In this document: one piece after another, positions 1 through 8,141 of the stretch | How the letters are laid out: every line of letters begins with the position of its first letter | Numbering within the stretch: position 1 is the first letter of the stretch | Source of the DNA: a bacterium | GTDB lineage: Bacteria > Krumholzibacteriota > Krumholzibacteriia > G020349025 | Direction: 5' to 3' | Length of the DNA stretch: 64,000 nucleotides | Assembly (NCBI GenBank): GCA_031362565.1 | Contig: JANLSU010000006.1 | Coordinates: 1 to 64,000, forward strand | Notes under the pieces: generated by a model | What the model was told of the DNA's origin: nothing | The model's database searches: none | Seen by the model: the letters and a program-made list of their open reading frames with translations, nothing else | Made by a program: the position numbers and the translations under genes

Positions 1-297
1 GCGCGATTCATCGGGTTCCCGAGTATCGATTCGTACTCCTTCGAGGCGCAGCTGGTGGTTTCGGCCAAGGACTTCAAGAAGCTTGGGATCGATCCCAGCA
101 ACGGGTTCAATGACGAGGTCGTGCTGCTGACCGTCGGCAAGAAGGCCATGGGGTTGCAGCTCGTGTTCTCGCACATGGAAATGGACGGCGTCGTCTTTGC
201 GGGTGCGGACAAGGGCGTCACGAAAGAGCAGCTCGTAAAGGGCGACGTGGCCAGCGTCACCGTCAATGGCAACCACGCAGCCGTTGGAACGTTCTAG
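1..297 (+). CDS. Hypothetical protein, 3' part (runs in from the window edge)
   Basis: Frame 1 is open from base 1 to TAG at 295-297, and a hairpin follows. Confidence 0.6.
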   Translation, partial: ARFIGFPSIDSYSFEAQLVVSAKDFKKLGIDPSNGFNDEVVLLTVGKKAMGLQLVFSHMEMDGVVFAGADKGVTKEQLVKGDVASVTVNGNHAAVGTF

Positions 298-324
298 GGC
301 ACACTCGCATGGTCAGTCGAGTGG

Positions 325-345
325 CGGGCCGGTTTTGCCGGCCCG
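325..345. terminator. GC hairpin between convergent genes
   Basis: CGGGCCGG-ttttg-CCGGCCCG, perfect 8-bp stem. Confidence 0.55.
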
Positions 346-379
346 TCTTGCTTGCGTGGGGCGTGGCGAGCCGCACCGA

Positions 380-820
380 TCAGTCGTCGATGAAGTAGCC
401 GATCGGAAAACCTCGAAGCCAAACGGCAACGGGCGTCTTCCCCTTGAGCCCAGGGTTGAATTTTGCCGTTCGCACGATGGCGATCGCGGACTGATCAATT
501 GATGCGGAGACGCCCTTCGTAAGGCGCGCTTCGGTCACTTGCCCCGTGGCGTCGACCAATAAGTCGAAGAGAACGAATCCTTGTTCGCGGGCAGCGCGCG
601 ACTCCTCCGGGTAGACTGGTTCGTCCATGGTAAGAAGTTCGGGGCCCGTATCGGCGACTTTCGGATCCCAAGTCGCTTCCTGGTCCACTTGAGTGCCGGG
701 TGCCGCGGTCAGTTCTATTGCCGGTGCCGCGCCGGGCGCCGGGGGCACAGAGCTCCGGTTCGACGTTGCACAGCCACCGAGTAGAGCTGCCAGGAGCGCT
801 AGAGATCTCGATTTCAGCAA
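380..820 (-). CDS. TonB C-terminal domain lipoprotein
   Basis: Lipobox-like LLGGC, Pro-rich linker, PVYPEESRAAREQGFVLFDLLVDATGQV..KFNPG..G.PV (TonB_C pattern). Confidence 0.8.
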   Translation of the reverse strand: MLKSRSLALLAALLGGCATSNRSSVPPAPGAAPAIELTAAPGTQVDQEATWDPKVADTGPELLTMDEPVYPEESRAAREQGFVLFDLLVDATGQVTEARLTKGVSASIDQSAIAIVRTAKFNPGLKGKTPVAVWLRGFPIGYFIDD

Positions 821-954
821 AGGGCACCTTCATTCAAACCATGCAGGGCCACGGCGCCGGATGCCGACGCTGCCCCAGGGGATCATAGAACTCTTCGCGG
901 TTTCCGGATGCTACGATCGTGCGCGTCGCGATCGGGCCCGGCTCCAGACGACGT

Positions 955-1050
955 GTATTTATTCATGCGTTTATAACACCGCTACTATCTGTATTTTATT
1001 GACATTAAATATGATATTGTAATATTATCTATTCGTTATTCAATTCACAC
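955..1050 (+). promoter_or_regulatory. AT-rich sigma70-type promoter region of yjjJ-like gene
   Basis: TTGACA 999-1004, 18-nt spacer, TATTAT 1023-1028; strongly AT-rich against the GC-rich background. Confidence 0.6.
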
Positions 1051-1077
1051 GTGCGGTTCACTCGAGGTGTGGAGAGT

Positions 1078-2382
1078 ATGAGCGACCCCGCCGATCTTCT
1101 CCGCGTGCTGGCGCGAGTCCGCGTGGCGCGCCCGCCCGAACTGCAGGCCGCGCTTGGAATCTCCCAACCAACCTTGTCACGCCTCATCGAGCGCGCTGGC
1201 GCACAGGTGTTCCGCATGGGGCGCGGCCGCGCGACTCAGTACGCGCGCACGCGAATGGTCCAAGGGCTCGAATCGCCTTTGCCGATCTTCCGTGTGAGCG
1301 ATGCGGGAGCCGTGACGGACGCTGGCGTCTTGCACCTGCTCGGCGATGGGCAGCATTGGTGGGCACGTTCGTCAAGCGAGGGCGCCCTGTTTCGAGGCTT
1401 GCCGCCCCCGCTCGTCGACATGGCGCCGCAGGGTTACATCGGACGGGGATTCCCGCTGCGCTTCCCGGAGCTTCAACTTCCAGAGCGTATCGTGGACTGG
1501 TCGGACGACCAACGGCTCATCGCGCTCGCGAAACGCGGTGAGGACTGCGTGGGTGATCTGGTGATCGGGAACGAATCGCTCGCCCGCCTGGTTGCGAGTT
1601 CTCCCACCGCGGTCCAGCATGCGAACTATCCGAATTTGGCGACGCTCGCCACCAAGAATATCGCGGGATCCTCTGCCGGCGGAGAGCAACCGAAGTTCGG
1701 CGCCTTCGCCGCCGGCAGGCACGTGTTGGTCAAGTTTGCCACGCCAGTCGACACTCCGGCGGCACGCCGTTGGCGGGATCTCCTGTGGTGTGAGTGGAAG
1801 GCGTTGAAGACCGTCGACGCGGCGGGTATACGTGCCGCGCGCGCGCAGTGTATCGATGTCGATGGTTGGCGCTGTCTCGAAGTCGAGCGCTTTGATCGCG
1901 TCGGGGAGCGTGGGCGGCGTGCCGTTGTCACTCTCGCCGCCATCGACGACGAGCACTTTGGCAAACGGGACAACTGGACCTCCGCCGCCGGGCGCCTGGC
2001 ATCCGCTCCGTTCTCGCTCCCAATTGATGACGCGACGCATTTGCGCTGGCTCGACGCCTTCGGTCAACTCGCGGGCAACACCGACCGACACTTCGGCAAC
2101 ATCGCGTTCTTCGCCGAATCCGGCAGGGTGTTACGTCTTGCGCCTGCCTACGACATGCTGCCCATGGTTCTTGCACCAGTGAACGACACCCTGGTGACGC
2201 GAGAATTCCAACCGGCACCGCCCAGCGGCGACAATCTCGACGTGTGGAGTGACGCGGCGGTGTGGGCCGGGCGCTACTGGCGCGAACTGCAGACGAACCA
2301 CGATCTGCACGAAGACGTGCGCACATTCGCCGGCAAGGCAGCGCTTGCGGTCTCCGCACTCGCCCGCCGCGTGGCGCCCTAA
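1078..2382 (+). CDS. yjjJ: HipA-family kinase/toxin YjjJ (HTH + HipA_C)
   Basis: N-terminal HTH (LGISQPTLSRL), GSSAGGEQPKF loop, GNTDRHFGN catalytic motif, LAPAYDMLP; GGAG RBS before ATG 1078. Confidence 0.88.
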   Translation: MSDPADLLRVLARVRVARPPELQAALGISQPTLSRLIERAGAQVFRMGRGRATQYARTRMVQGLESPLPIFRVSDAGAVTDAGVLHLLGDGQHWWARSSSEGALFRGLPPPLVDMAPQGYIGRGFPLRFPELQLPERIVDWSDDQRLIALAKRGEDCVGDLVIGNESLARLVASSPTAVQHANYPNLATLATKNIAGSSAGGEQPKFGAFAAGRHVLVKFATPVDTPAARRWRDLLWCEWKALKTVDAAGIRAARAQCIDVDGWRCLEVERFDRVGERGRRAVVTLAAIDDEHFGKRDNWTSAAGRLASAPFSLPIDDATHLRWLDAFGQLAGNTDRHFGNIAFFAESGRVLRLAPAYDMLPMVLAPVNDTLVTREFQPAPPSGDNLDVWSDAAVWAGRYWRELQTNHDLHEDVRTFAGKAALAVSALARRVAP

Positions 2383-2568
2383 CGCCAGGAGAAAGGGCCC
2401 TGCGCTGCTCACTCGCACGAAGCCACGGCTGTAATCGCCGGAAAGCCTGGGTTGCCGCTTGCGAGCGCCGCACTTTGGGCCTATCATTCCCGGACTGCCC
2501 GGACCCAGTCACGCGTAGCGGCACTCGAACGCTGGATTGGGGCAATTGTGTGGTTTGTGGAGGTGCAC

Positions 2569-3252
2569 ATGCGCCCTACTCTCGATTCAGTCACTGCGGT
2601 CCATTCACAGGCCAAGATGCGAGCGGCCATCGCCATCACGGGCTTGATGCTGCTGTTCGCTCCACTCAGCGCGGAGGCCCAGTCCGTTCAACCCACATGG
2701 TCGATCGATGTGCGCGCCGGCGTTCTCGGCGCGATGACGGTACCGGCCAGCGCACGGCTGCAATTCGAGCCGATCGGGATCTTCGCCGTGAGTCATCGAA
2801 TGAGCCGCCACGTGTCGTTCGTCGCATCGGCTGGGTATGTCCGCCCGGAAGCGATGAATTCCTTAGTCCGTATTCCGGAAGTCACCGTCACCGAGGCTTC
2901 CGCACACGCGTCGCTCACGCCACTCGCTCTCGGAGTGCGGGTCGGTTTCCTGGATCGCCGGGGTCCGGTGACCCCGTATCTCGAAGTCGCCCCCGCGCTG
3001 TTCCTCTACCGCGAATCGAAGCGCTTTGCCGGCTACGGCTTCGGCCGTGGCGCCTTCGCGAATTCCGAATCATTCCAAAGTCTCGAGCGGGGTTTCGAGG
3101 CGGGGCTGTTCGTACCCGGGAAAATTGGCCATTCCTTCGAGTGGGAGTTGGGCGCCCTGTATTTGTTCTCGGGGCACACCGCCGAGCGGTTCAGCCCGGC
3201 ATCCAACCTTAGCCACCTGGCTTGGCTCGGCGGCATTCGCTTTCGGCCGTGA
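2569..3252 (+). CDS. Outer-membrane beta-barrel protein
   Basis: GGAGGT RBS, signal peptide ending AEA-Q, alternating strands, TPYL motif, C-terminal GGIRF. Confidence 0.65.
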   Translation: MRPTLDSVTAVHSQAKMRAAIAITGLMLLFAPLSAEAQSVQPTWSIDVRAGVLGAMTVPASARLQFEPIGIFAVSHRMSRHVSFVASAGYVRPEAMNSLVRIPEVTVTEASAHASLTPLALGVRVGFLDRRGPVTPYLEVAPALFLYRESKRFAGYGFGRGAFANSESFQSLERGFEAGLFVPGKIGHSFEWELGALYLFSGHTAERFSPASNLSHLAWLGGIRFRP

Positions 3253-3306
3253 GCACGGTGGCGGGGACTCTCTCACTCTTCTCGACTCACCAAGGGGGAT
3301 GCCGCG

Positions 3307-4485
3307 ATGATGCACTCCGATCGACGCCGGCTACTGGCTGCCTGCTGTGTTGTCGCCCTTGCGACTCCGCGCGCCGCAATCGCCATGACAAATATCGAAG
3401 CCGTTCAGTGGGGTCTCGGATGTTCCGGCGGCAGTCTGTATTTGCTGGGCCGCGCCACCAGCACGGACATTGCGCAAGGGGTGCGCTTTTCGATTCAGGA
3501 GCGGAGTCCCGGCGGCAACGATCTATTGACCGACGTCGCCCTCCCGTGGACGGGGCCCTATCCGCCGGTCGGCACGGAAGTCCGGGTGTTCTTGGATGTT
3601 CAGTTGAGTTCGGCGGGGTCTCGACTCACGGGCGGCCCGATCACCAGGTGGCACCTCTCGTGGTGTTCACCGCCGTCTCCCATCCAAGTGCGCGGGAGTG
3701 CAAATGGTGCCGGTGCGACGGTCGGAGTCGGCACGAGTCATCCGGAACCGGCACACGAGTTCGTGCTCGTGGATGAGAATGGTGTCGAGGGTGCGAATCC
3801 GTCGCCCGAGGACATGGTTTGTGGCCCCGGCAAGGCAGTCGCGCCCGTGCTCGACCTGCCATCACCCTACGAGCTCGTCGCGAGAGGAAAGTCGATTACG
3901 GACGAGACCGCATCGCAGAACGCCGGCCTCGACCGCCGCGATCCCACCCTGCTCGCCGAGCCCACGGGCTCCATTGGTGTGTACTTCGACACCCAAGCTG
4001 CGGATGTCTGCGGGATATCGTCGATCGGTGTACCGATCACGATGTATGTCATCGCGATGCTCGCGGGTGCCACGGCGTGCGGCATCACCGGCGCTGAACT
4101 GCGGATCGCCACGATTCCGTCCGGATGGCTCGGTGGCGCTTCGATCCCGCCGAATGCGATTTCGATCGGGGATCCACTGGGACCGGTCGGCGGCGTCATG
4201 GCATTCACGACCTGCCAGGGCGGGGGCAGCGTCCTGCTGTACACGATTTCACTGTTCCCCACGACCACCGTCGTGAATCATCCGATCGACGTGCTGAAGC
4301 GCAATCCTCCGACCAACGGTAACTTTCAATGCCCGCTCATCACGCTGTGCGACAACCCGCAATATACGATCGCCTGCGTGGAGCGCGGTCCGACCGCATT
4401 CATCAATCCAAGCTCCGGCAACGCCTGCGGGCTCGTGGCGATCGAGTCGCGAACCTGGGGCAGCGTCAAGCGGTTGTACGAGTGA
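3307..4485 (+). CDS. Secreted Cys-rich protein with C-terminal WGxVK tail
   Basis: Signal peptide; ends VAIESRTWGSVKRLYE. Confidence 0.75.
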   Translation: MMHSDRRRLLAACCVVALATPRAAIAMTNIEAVQWGLGCSGGSLYLLGRATSTDIAQGVRFSIQERSPGGNDLLTDVALPWTGPYPPVGTEVRVFLDVQLSSAGSRLTGGPITRWHLSWCSPPSPIQVRGSANGAGATVGVGTSHPEPAHEFVLVDENGVEGANPSPEDMVCGPGKAVAPVLDLPSPYELVARGKSITDETASQNAGLDRRDPTLLAEPTGSIGVYFDTQAADVCGISSIGVPITMYVIAMLAGATACGITGAELRIATIPSGWLGGASIPPNAISIGDPLGPVGGVMAFTTCQGGGSVLLYTISLFPTTTVVNHPIDVLKRNPPTNGNFQCPLITLCDNPQYTIACVERGPTAFINPSSGNACGLVAIESRTWGSVKRLYE

Positions 4486-4500
4486 AGTGGGTGGAAATTG

Positions 4501-4611
4501 CCGGGTTCCTACCGCGTTGATCTTCATTTCAGCGCCCGGTCTGGTGCGGACCCGTCGGACACATTGAATCTCGACCGGCAGGGTTCGTTTGTTTGGAACA
4601 CCAGTCAATGA
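4501..4611 (+). pseudogene. 3' stub of a paralogue of the lipoprotein at 24169-24690
   Basis: PGSYRVDLHFSARSGADPSDTLNLDRQGSFVWNTSQ* vs PGSYRVDLHFSAWFVADAVDTLTVEQQAAFVWNSAH* (24580-24690); no start. Confidence 0.8.
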
Positions 4612-4633
4612 GAAACCGGGCGGCGGTGCGCTT

Positions 4634-7600
4634 CTAGCGCTGTCCCAGCATCACGAACGGCGCCCAATAGTAGGGATGGGCCCAGGCGCGCGACCGGCGG
4701 AGGCGCAGGCGCGCATCACGTAGCGCGCCTGCGAAGTCCGGAGTGCGTTTCCGATGTTCCGCTCGCGCCAACTCCGCGAAGAGATCACCGATCATTTGTG
4801 CCGTGGAGGCATCGTCGACGCGCCACAAGCTGCCGATCACGCGCGGACAGCCGGCTGCGAGGAAACCCCGGCTGAGGGCGAAGACACCATCCCCGTCGAC
4901 CCAGGTTCCCTGATGCGTCGAGCATGCGGACAGCACGACTAGGTCGGCATCCAGATGCAATCCATAGATCTCGCCGAGCTCCAGAAAGCCGTCGTTGTCG
5001 CGGTCGATTCGCGCCGAACCACCGGGTGTCAGCGCGAGCGCGGCGTATGTGTCGTCGCGTCGATTCTCGACGATTCCGTGGGTCGCCAAGTGAATGTAAC
5101 GTTTGCCGGCCAACTCCACACGAACGCGCGCTTCGGTCGCCGCGTGCCGCTGCAATAAGTCCACGGCGGAGGCTCCGAATGCAGCAACGATGCGCTCCGA
5201 TTCGGCCGCCGTGCCGGGGAGGCGGCTCAGCGCGCCAAAGCGTTCGCCGCGTGCCTGCTGCGGTACCACATTCTCCATTGAGGATCCGGCCGCGGCCGCC
5301 GAGTCCTGAAAAGTGGCATCGCTGACACTCAGAATGCCGCCCGTTCGAGGCGGAGCGGCCCGTTGGCGGAGGGCTCCCATCTGCGTCCACAACACCGTCG
5401 CGGACGGCGCATAACGGACGATCGGTCCGCGCTCGAGCCAAAAAACCGGAGCGTTGTCGCCATACGGCGCATCCATCACGAGTGCCTCGAAGGGGAGCCG
5501 GTGGAGGATTCCATCGGGCACGATGACGAGCCGGTCCATGGCGCGGATCATGGGCTGCAGCGCCGCCGGGATCAGCACATTCCAAAGTGCATGCAAGCGC
5601 CGTTGATCCGTTTCTGGAAAATGATCGCCGGGGGTTTCGAGTAGATCCAACACGGTGCGCTCGCCGCCGGCCGGCACGTTGGCGTGCGCCCCGCTGGTCG
5701 TCGTGACGCCCCGTGATGGGCGGTCGGCTGCCGGCTCGACCGCGGGCTCGACTGCCGACAGGGCGCGCCCGAGCCGGTTGCGCGTCGCGGCGCCGCTCGC
5801 AACACGCAGCGCCGCCGCGTCCGCAGTGCCGATCTCGAGCGCGAATGCCAGTGGCGCCGTGCCTTTGCGGACCAGAATTGCGTACGACGCATCCGCGCCG
5901 ACGCAATACAACAGCAGTCCTTCGTCCTTGCGTACCAGCTCGTCCTGGATCTGTTGCACCGTGATGGTCGCGTCGCCCGACGCAACAGACTGAGTCCAAA
6001 GGGGACTCACGCGCCGCACGTCGCTCTGCACGACGCGCAGCTTCTCCAGGCTTTCGTCGCGGGCGCGAACAATTTCTTGCACGCGTGGTGAGTCGTCACG
6101 AGAATCGGGGCCCGGGGTCTGTCGCAGGACCGCCAACCGTCGCTCGGTCTGTGCAAGGTCCAGGTTCGCCTGTTGTTCGCGGCGCGCCAATGGTGTGCGC
6201 ACGCTATCCGGCAGTCCGGCCATGAGATCGACACCCGCCAGGCGCATTTGTTCCAGCAGTACCCGGGCTCGAAATCGTTCGCTGCTTTGGATCGCGGTTG
6301 CGACATCGCCGTGCTCGAGGCTCCACGCCACCATCTTCTCGAATGCGGGGGAGTAGTCGGCGAAGAATGCCGCACGTCCACGGTCGTCGACGCTCGAGCC
6401 GCGCCGCAGCTCCTCGGCACCCTCCAACGCAGCGGCAAGAATCGCCTGCGCACGCCGGGTGTCACCCTCTTGGTGCGAAATCTCGGCCGTGAGCAGCAGA
6501 GCATCGAGCCTGGCCTCCGGGAAGACGTGCGTCGCGTCCAGAATTTTCAATGCGTCTCCCGAGAGCCGGCGTGCTGTTTCCAAGTCGGGGTTGAGGCGCG
6601 CGAAGAGACAGCGCGCGAGTCCGACTGTCGTGCGCGCCAACTCGGGAGCCTGCATACCGACGGCGTCACGATAAGCATCAGCGGAACGGCGATAGAGAAC
6701 CTCGGCCTCGTCGTAACGCCCACGCAGCCGCATCAAGTCCGCCAAGCTCCGCAACGGCAACCCAATTCGAACCGCCCCGGCTGTGCCGGCGCGCTCGAGA
6801 AGGTCGATGCACTCGCGGTAGGCATCCTCGGCCTCGGCGTACCGGCCCTGCTCGACGAACAACTCGGCGAGCGCATGCAAAAACCAAAAGGTGTCGGGGT
6901 TGTCAGCGCCGGCTTCTTGGCGGCCGAGCGTCAGGGCGCGCTTGTAGAGAGTTTCCGCTTCGGAATAGCGGCCCTGAAATCGGCAGATTTCCGCCACGTT
7001 CAGGTACGCATGGGGCAGCGCCATCGGCTGATCACAGCCTTTGGCTTCCCAGAGGGCAACGACCCAGCGGTATCGCGCTTCGGCGTCGTTGTACCGCGAC
7101 TGTTCGTACAGAAGATTAGCGCGGTTCAGCCACACGACCCCCAGAAAGCGTTCGTATTTGAGTTTGAGGTCGGCGTCGGGAGCGTGCGCGATCAAGGAGT
7201 CCGTCAACAGAGTCGCACGCTCGAAGCACCGCCGCGAATCCTCGTACCGCACTTCGAGTCGCATGATTTCGCCGAGGCAGTTGTTCAGATCGGCAGCGAG
7301 AAAAGGCTCCTTGTTTGGACCGGTTTCGAAGACCTGCAGACCACTCTGAAACAAGTCCTTCGCTTCAGTGTATCGGCCCAACTGGTAGTAAACGAGTCCG
7401 AGGTCCTTGCGGGTAAATGCCAGCAAACTGTCGGGCACTCCGGGGATGGCTTCGAGAACGTCCAAAGACCGGCGTTCCCATTCCGCAGCCTCCTCGTACC
7501 GTCCCAATAGGTAGTAGTACGTCGAAATCACGTTGGTCGCGCTGGCAACCGCGCGGCTGTGATCGCCGGCCGCATGCCGGCGTATTTCGAGGGCTTGCAT

Positions 7601-7945
7601 CAACAACGGCAGTCCAAGAGGACGCAGCGAATCCGTGGCGGCGACCACGAACTCGGTCCCCAGATCTGCCGTGAATCGAGCCACTTCAAGCGAATCCGGC
7701 TCGGCCAGCCGTTTCGAATCAACCGCTCGTCCGGCCGCAACGAGTGCCTGGCGGCCCTCCCCACGCCTGATGCACTCGAGCATGGTGCCGCGTTCCGCCG
7801 CGGCCCGTTTCGCCGCAACGGCAGCCTGCGTTCCGCCGGAATGCGCGCGGCCGGCGGCGGCACGGTCCGCCACCAGCCCCGTCGCGACGAGGCAAACCAC
7901 GGCCCAAGAGCGGAGCCGCCGCAAGCGAACAGTTCTTGGAACCAC
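4634..7945 (-). CDS. TPR-repeat CHAT (caspase-like) protease with putative signal peptide
   Basis: Kinesin-light-chain-type TPRs (QGRYSEAETLYKRAL), IVPDGILHRLPFEAL, catalytic HLATHG and LSACST, HPYYWAPF end. Confidence 0.92.
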   Translation of the reverse strand: MVPRTVRLRRLRSWAVVCLVATGLVADRAAAGRAHSGGTQAAVAAKRAAAERGTMLECIRRGEGRQALVAAGRAVDSKRLAEPDSLEVARFTADLGTEFVVAATDSLRPLGLPLLMQALEIRRHAAGDHSRAVASATNVISTYYYLLGRYEEAAEWERRSLDVLEAIPGVPDSLLAFTRKDLGLVYYQLGRYTEAKDLFQSGLQVFETGPNKEPFLAADLNNCLGEIMRLEVRYEDSRRCFERATLLTDSLIAHAPDADLKLKYERFLGVVWLNRANLLYEQSRYNDAEARYRWVVALWEAKGCDQPMALPHAYLNVAEICRFQGRYSEAETLYKRALTLGRQEAGADNPDTFWFLHALAELFVEQGRYAEAEDAYRECIDLLERAGTAGAVRIGLPLRSLADLMRLRGRYDEAEVLYRRSADAYRDAVGMQAPELARTTVGLARCLFARLNPDLETARRLSGDALKILDATHVFPEARLDALLLTAEISHQEGDTRRAQAILAAALEGAEELRRGSSVDDRGRAAFFADYSPAFEKMVAWSLEHGDVATAIQSSERFRARVLLEQMRLAGVDLMAGLPDSVRTPLARREQQANLDLAQTERRLAVLRQTPGPDSRDDSPRVQEIVRARDESLEKLRVVQSDVRRVSPLWTQSVASGDATITVQQIQDELVRKDEGLLLYCVGADASYAILVRKGTAPLAFALEIGTADAAALRVASGAATRNRLGRALSAVEPAVEPAADRPSRGVTTTSGAHANVPAGGERTVLDLLETPGDHFPETDQRRLHALWNVLIPAALQPMIRAMDRLVIVPDGILHRLPFEALVMDAPYGDNAPVFWLERGPIVRYAPSATVLWTQMGALRQRAAPPRTGGILSVSDATFQDSAAAAGSSMENVVPQQARGERFGALSRLPGTAAESERIVAAFGASAVDLLQRHAATEARVRVELAGKRYIHLATHGIVENRRDDTYAALALTPGGSARIDRDNDGFLELGEIYGLHLDADLVVLSACSTHQGTWVDGDGVFALSRGFLAAGCPRVIGSLWRVDDASTAQMIGDLFAELARAEHRKRTPDFAGALRDARLRLRRSRAWAHPYYWAPFVMLGQR

Positions 7946-8141
7946 GCCCGTCCTCTGATTTGTGTGTGCGTTCTCCTGGAGCGTTGCATTCTACCGTATG
8001 AGGGCAAGGGTGCACGAAAGGCCCTCCCGGCGGTTCTTGACGGGCCCCGCCGGCTCCGCTAGCCTCATTGCTTCGAGGCAGAACTCACGCGGGTCCCACG
8101 GCCGTTGCACGGCTGCACGGGATAACGCAAAGGGCTTGCTC

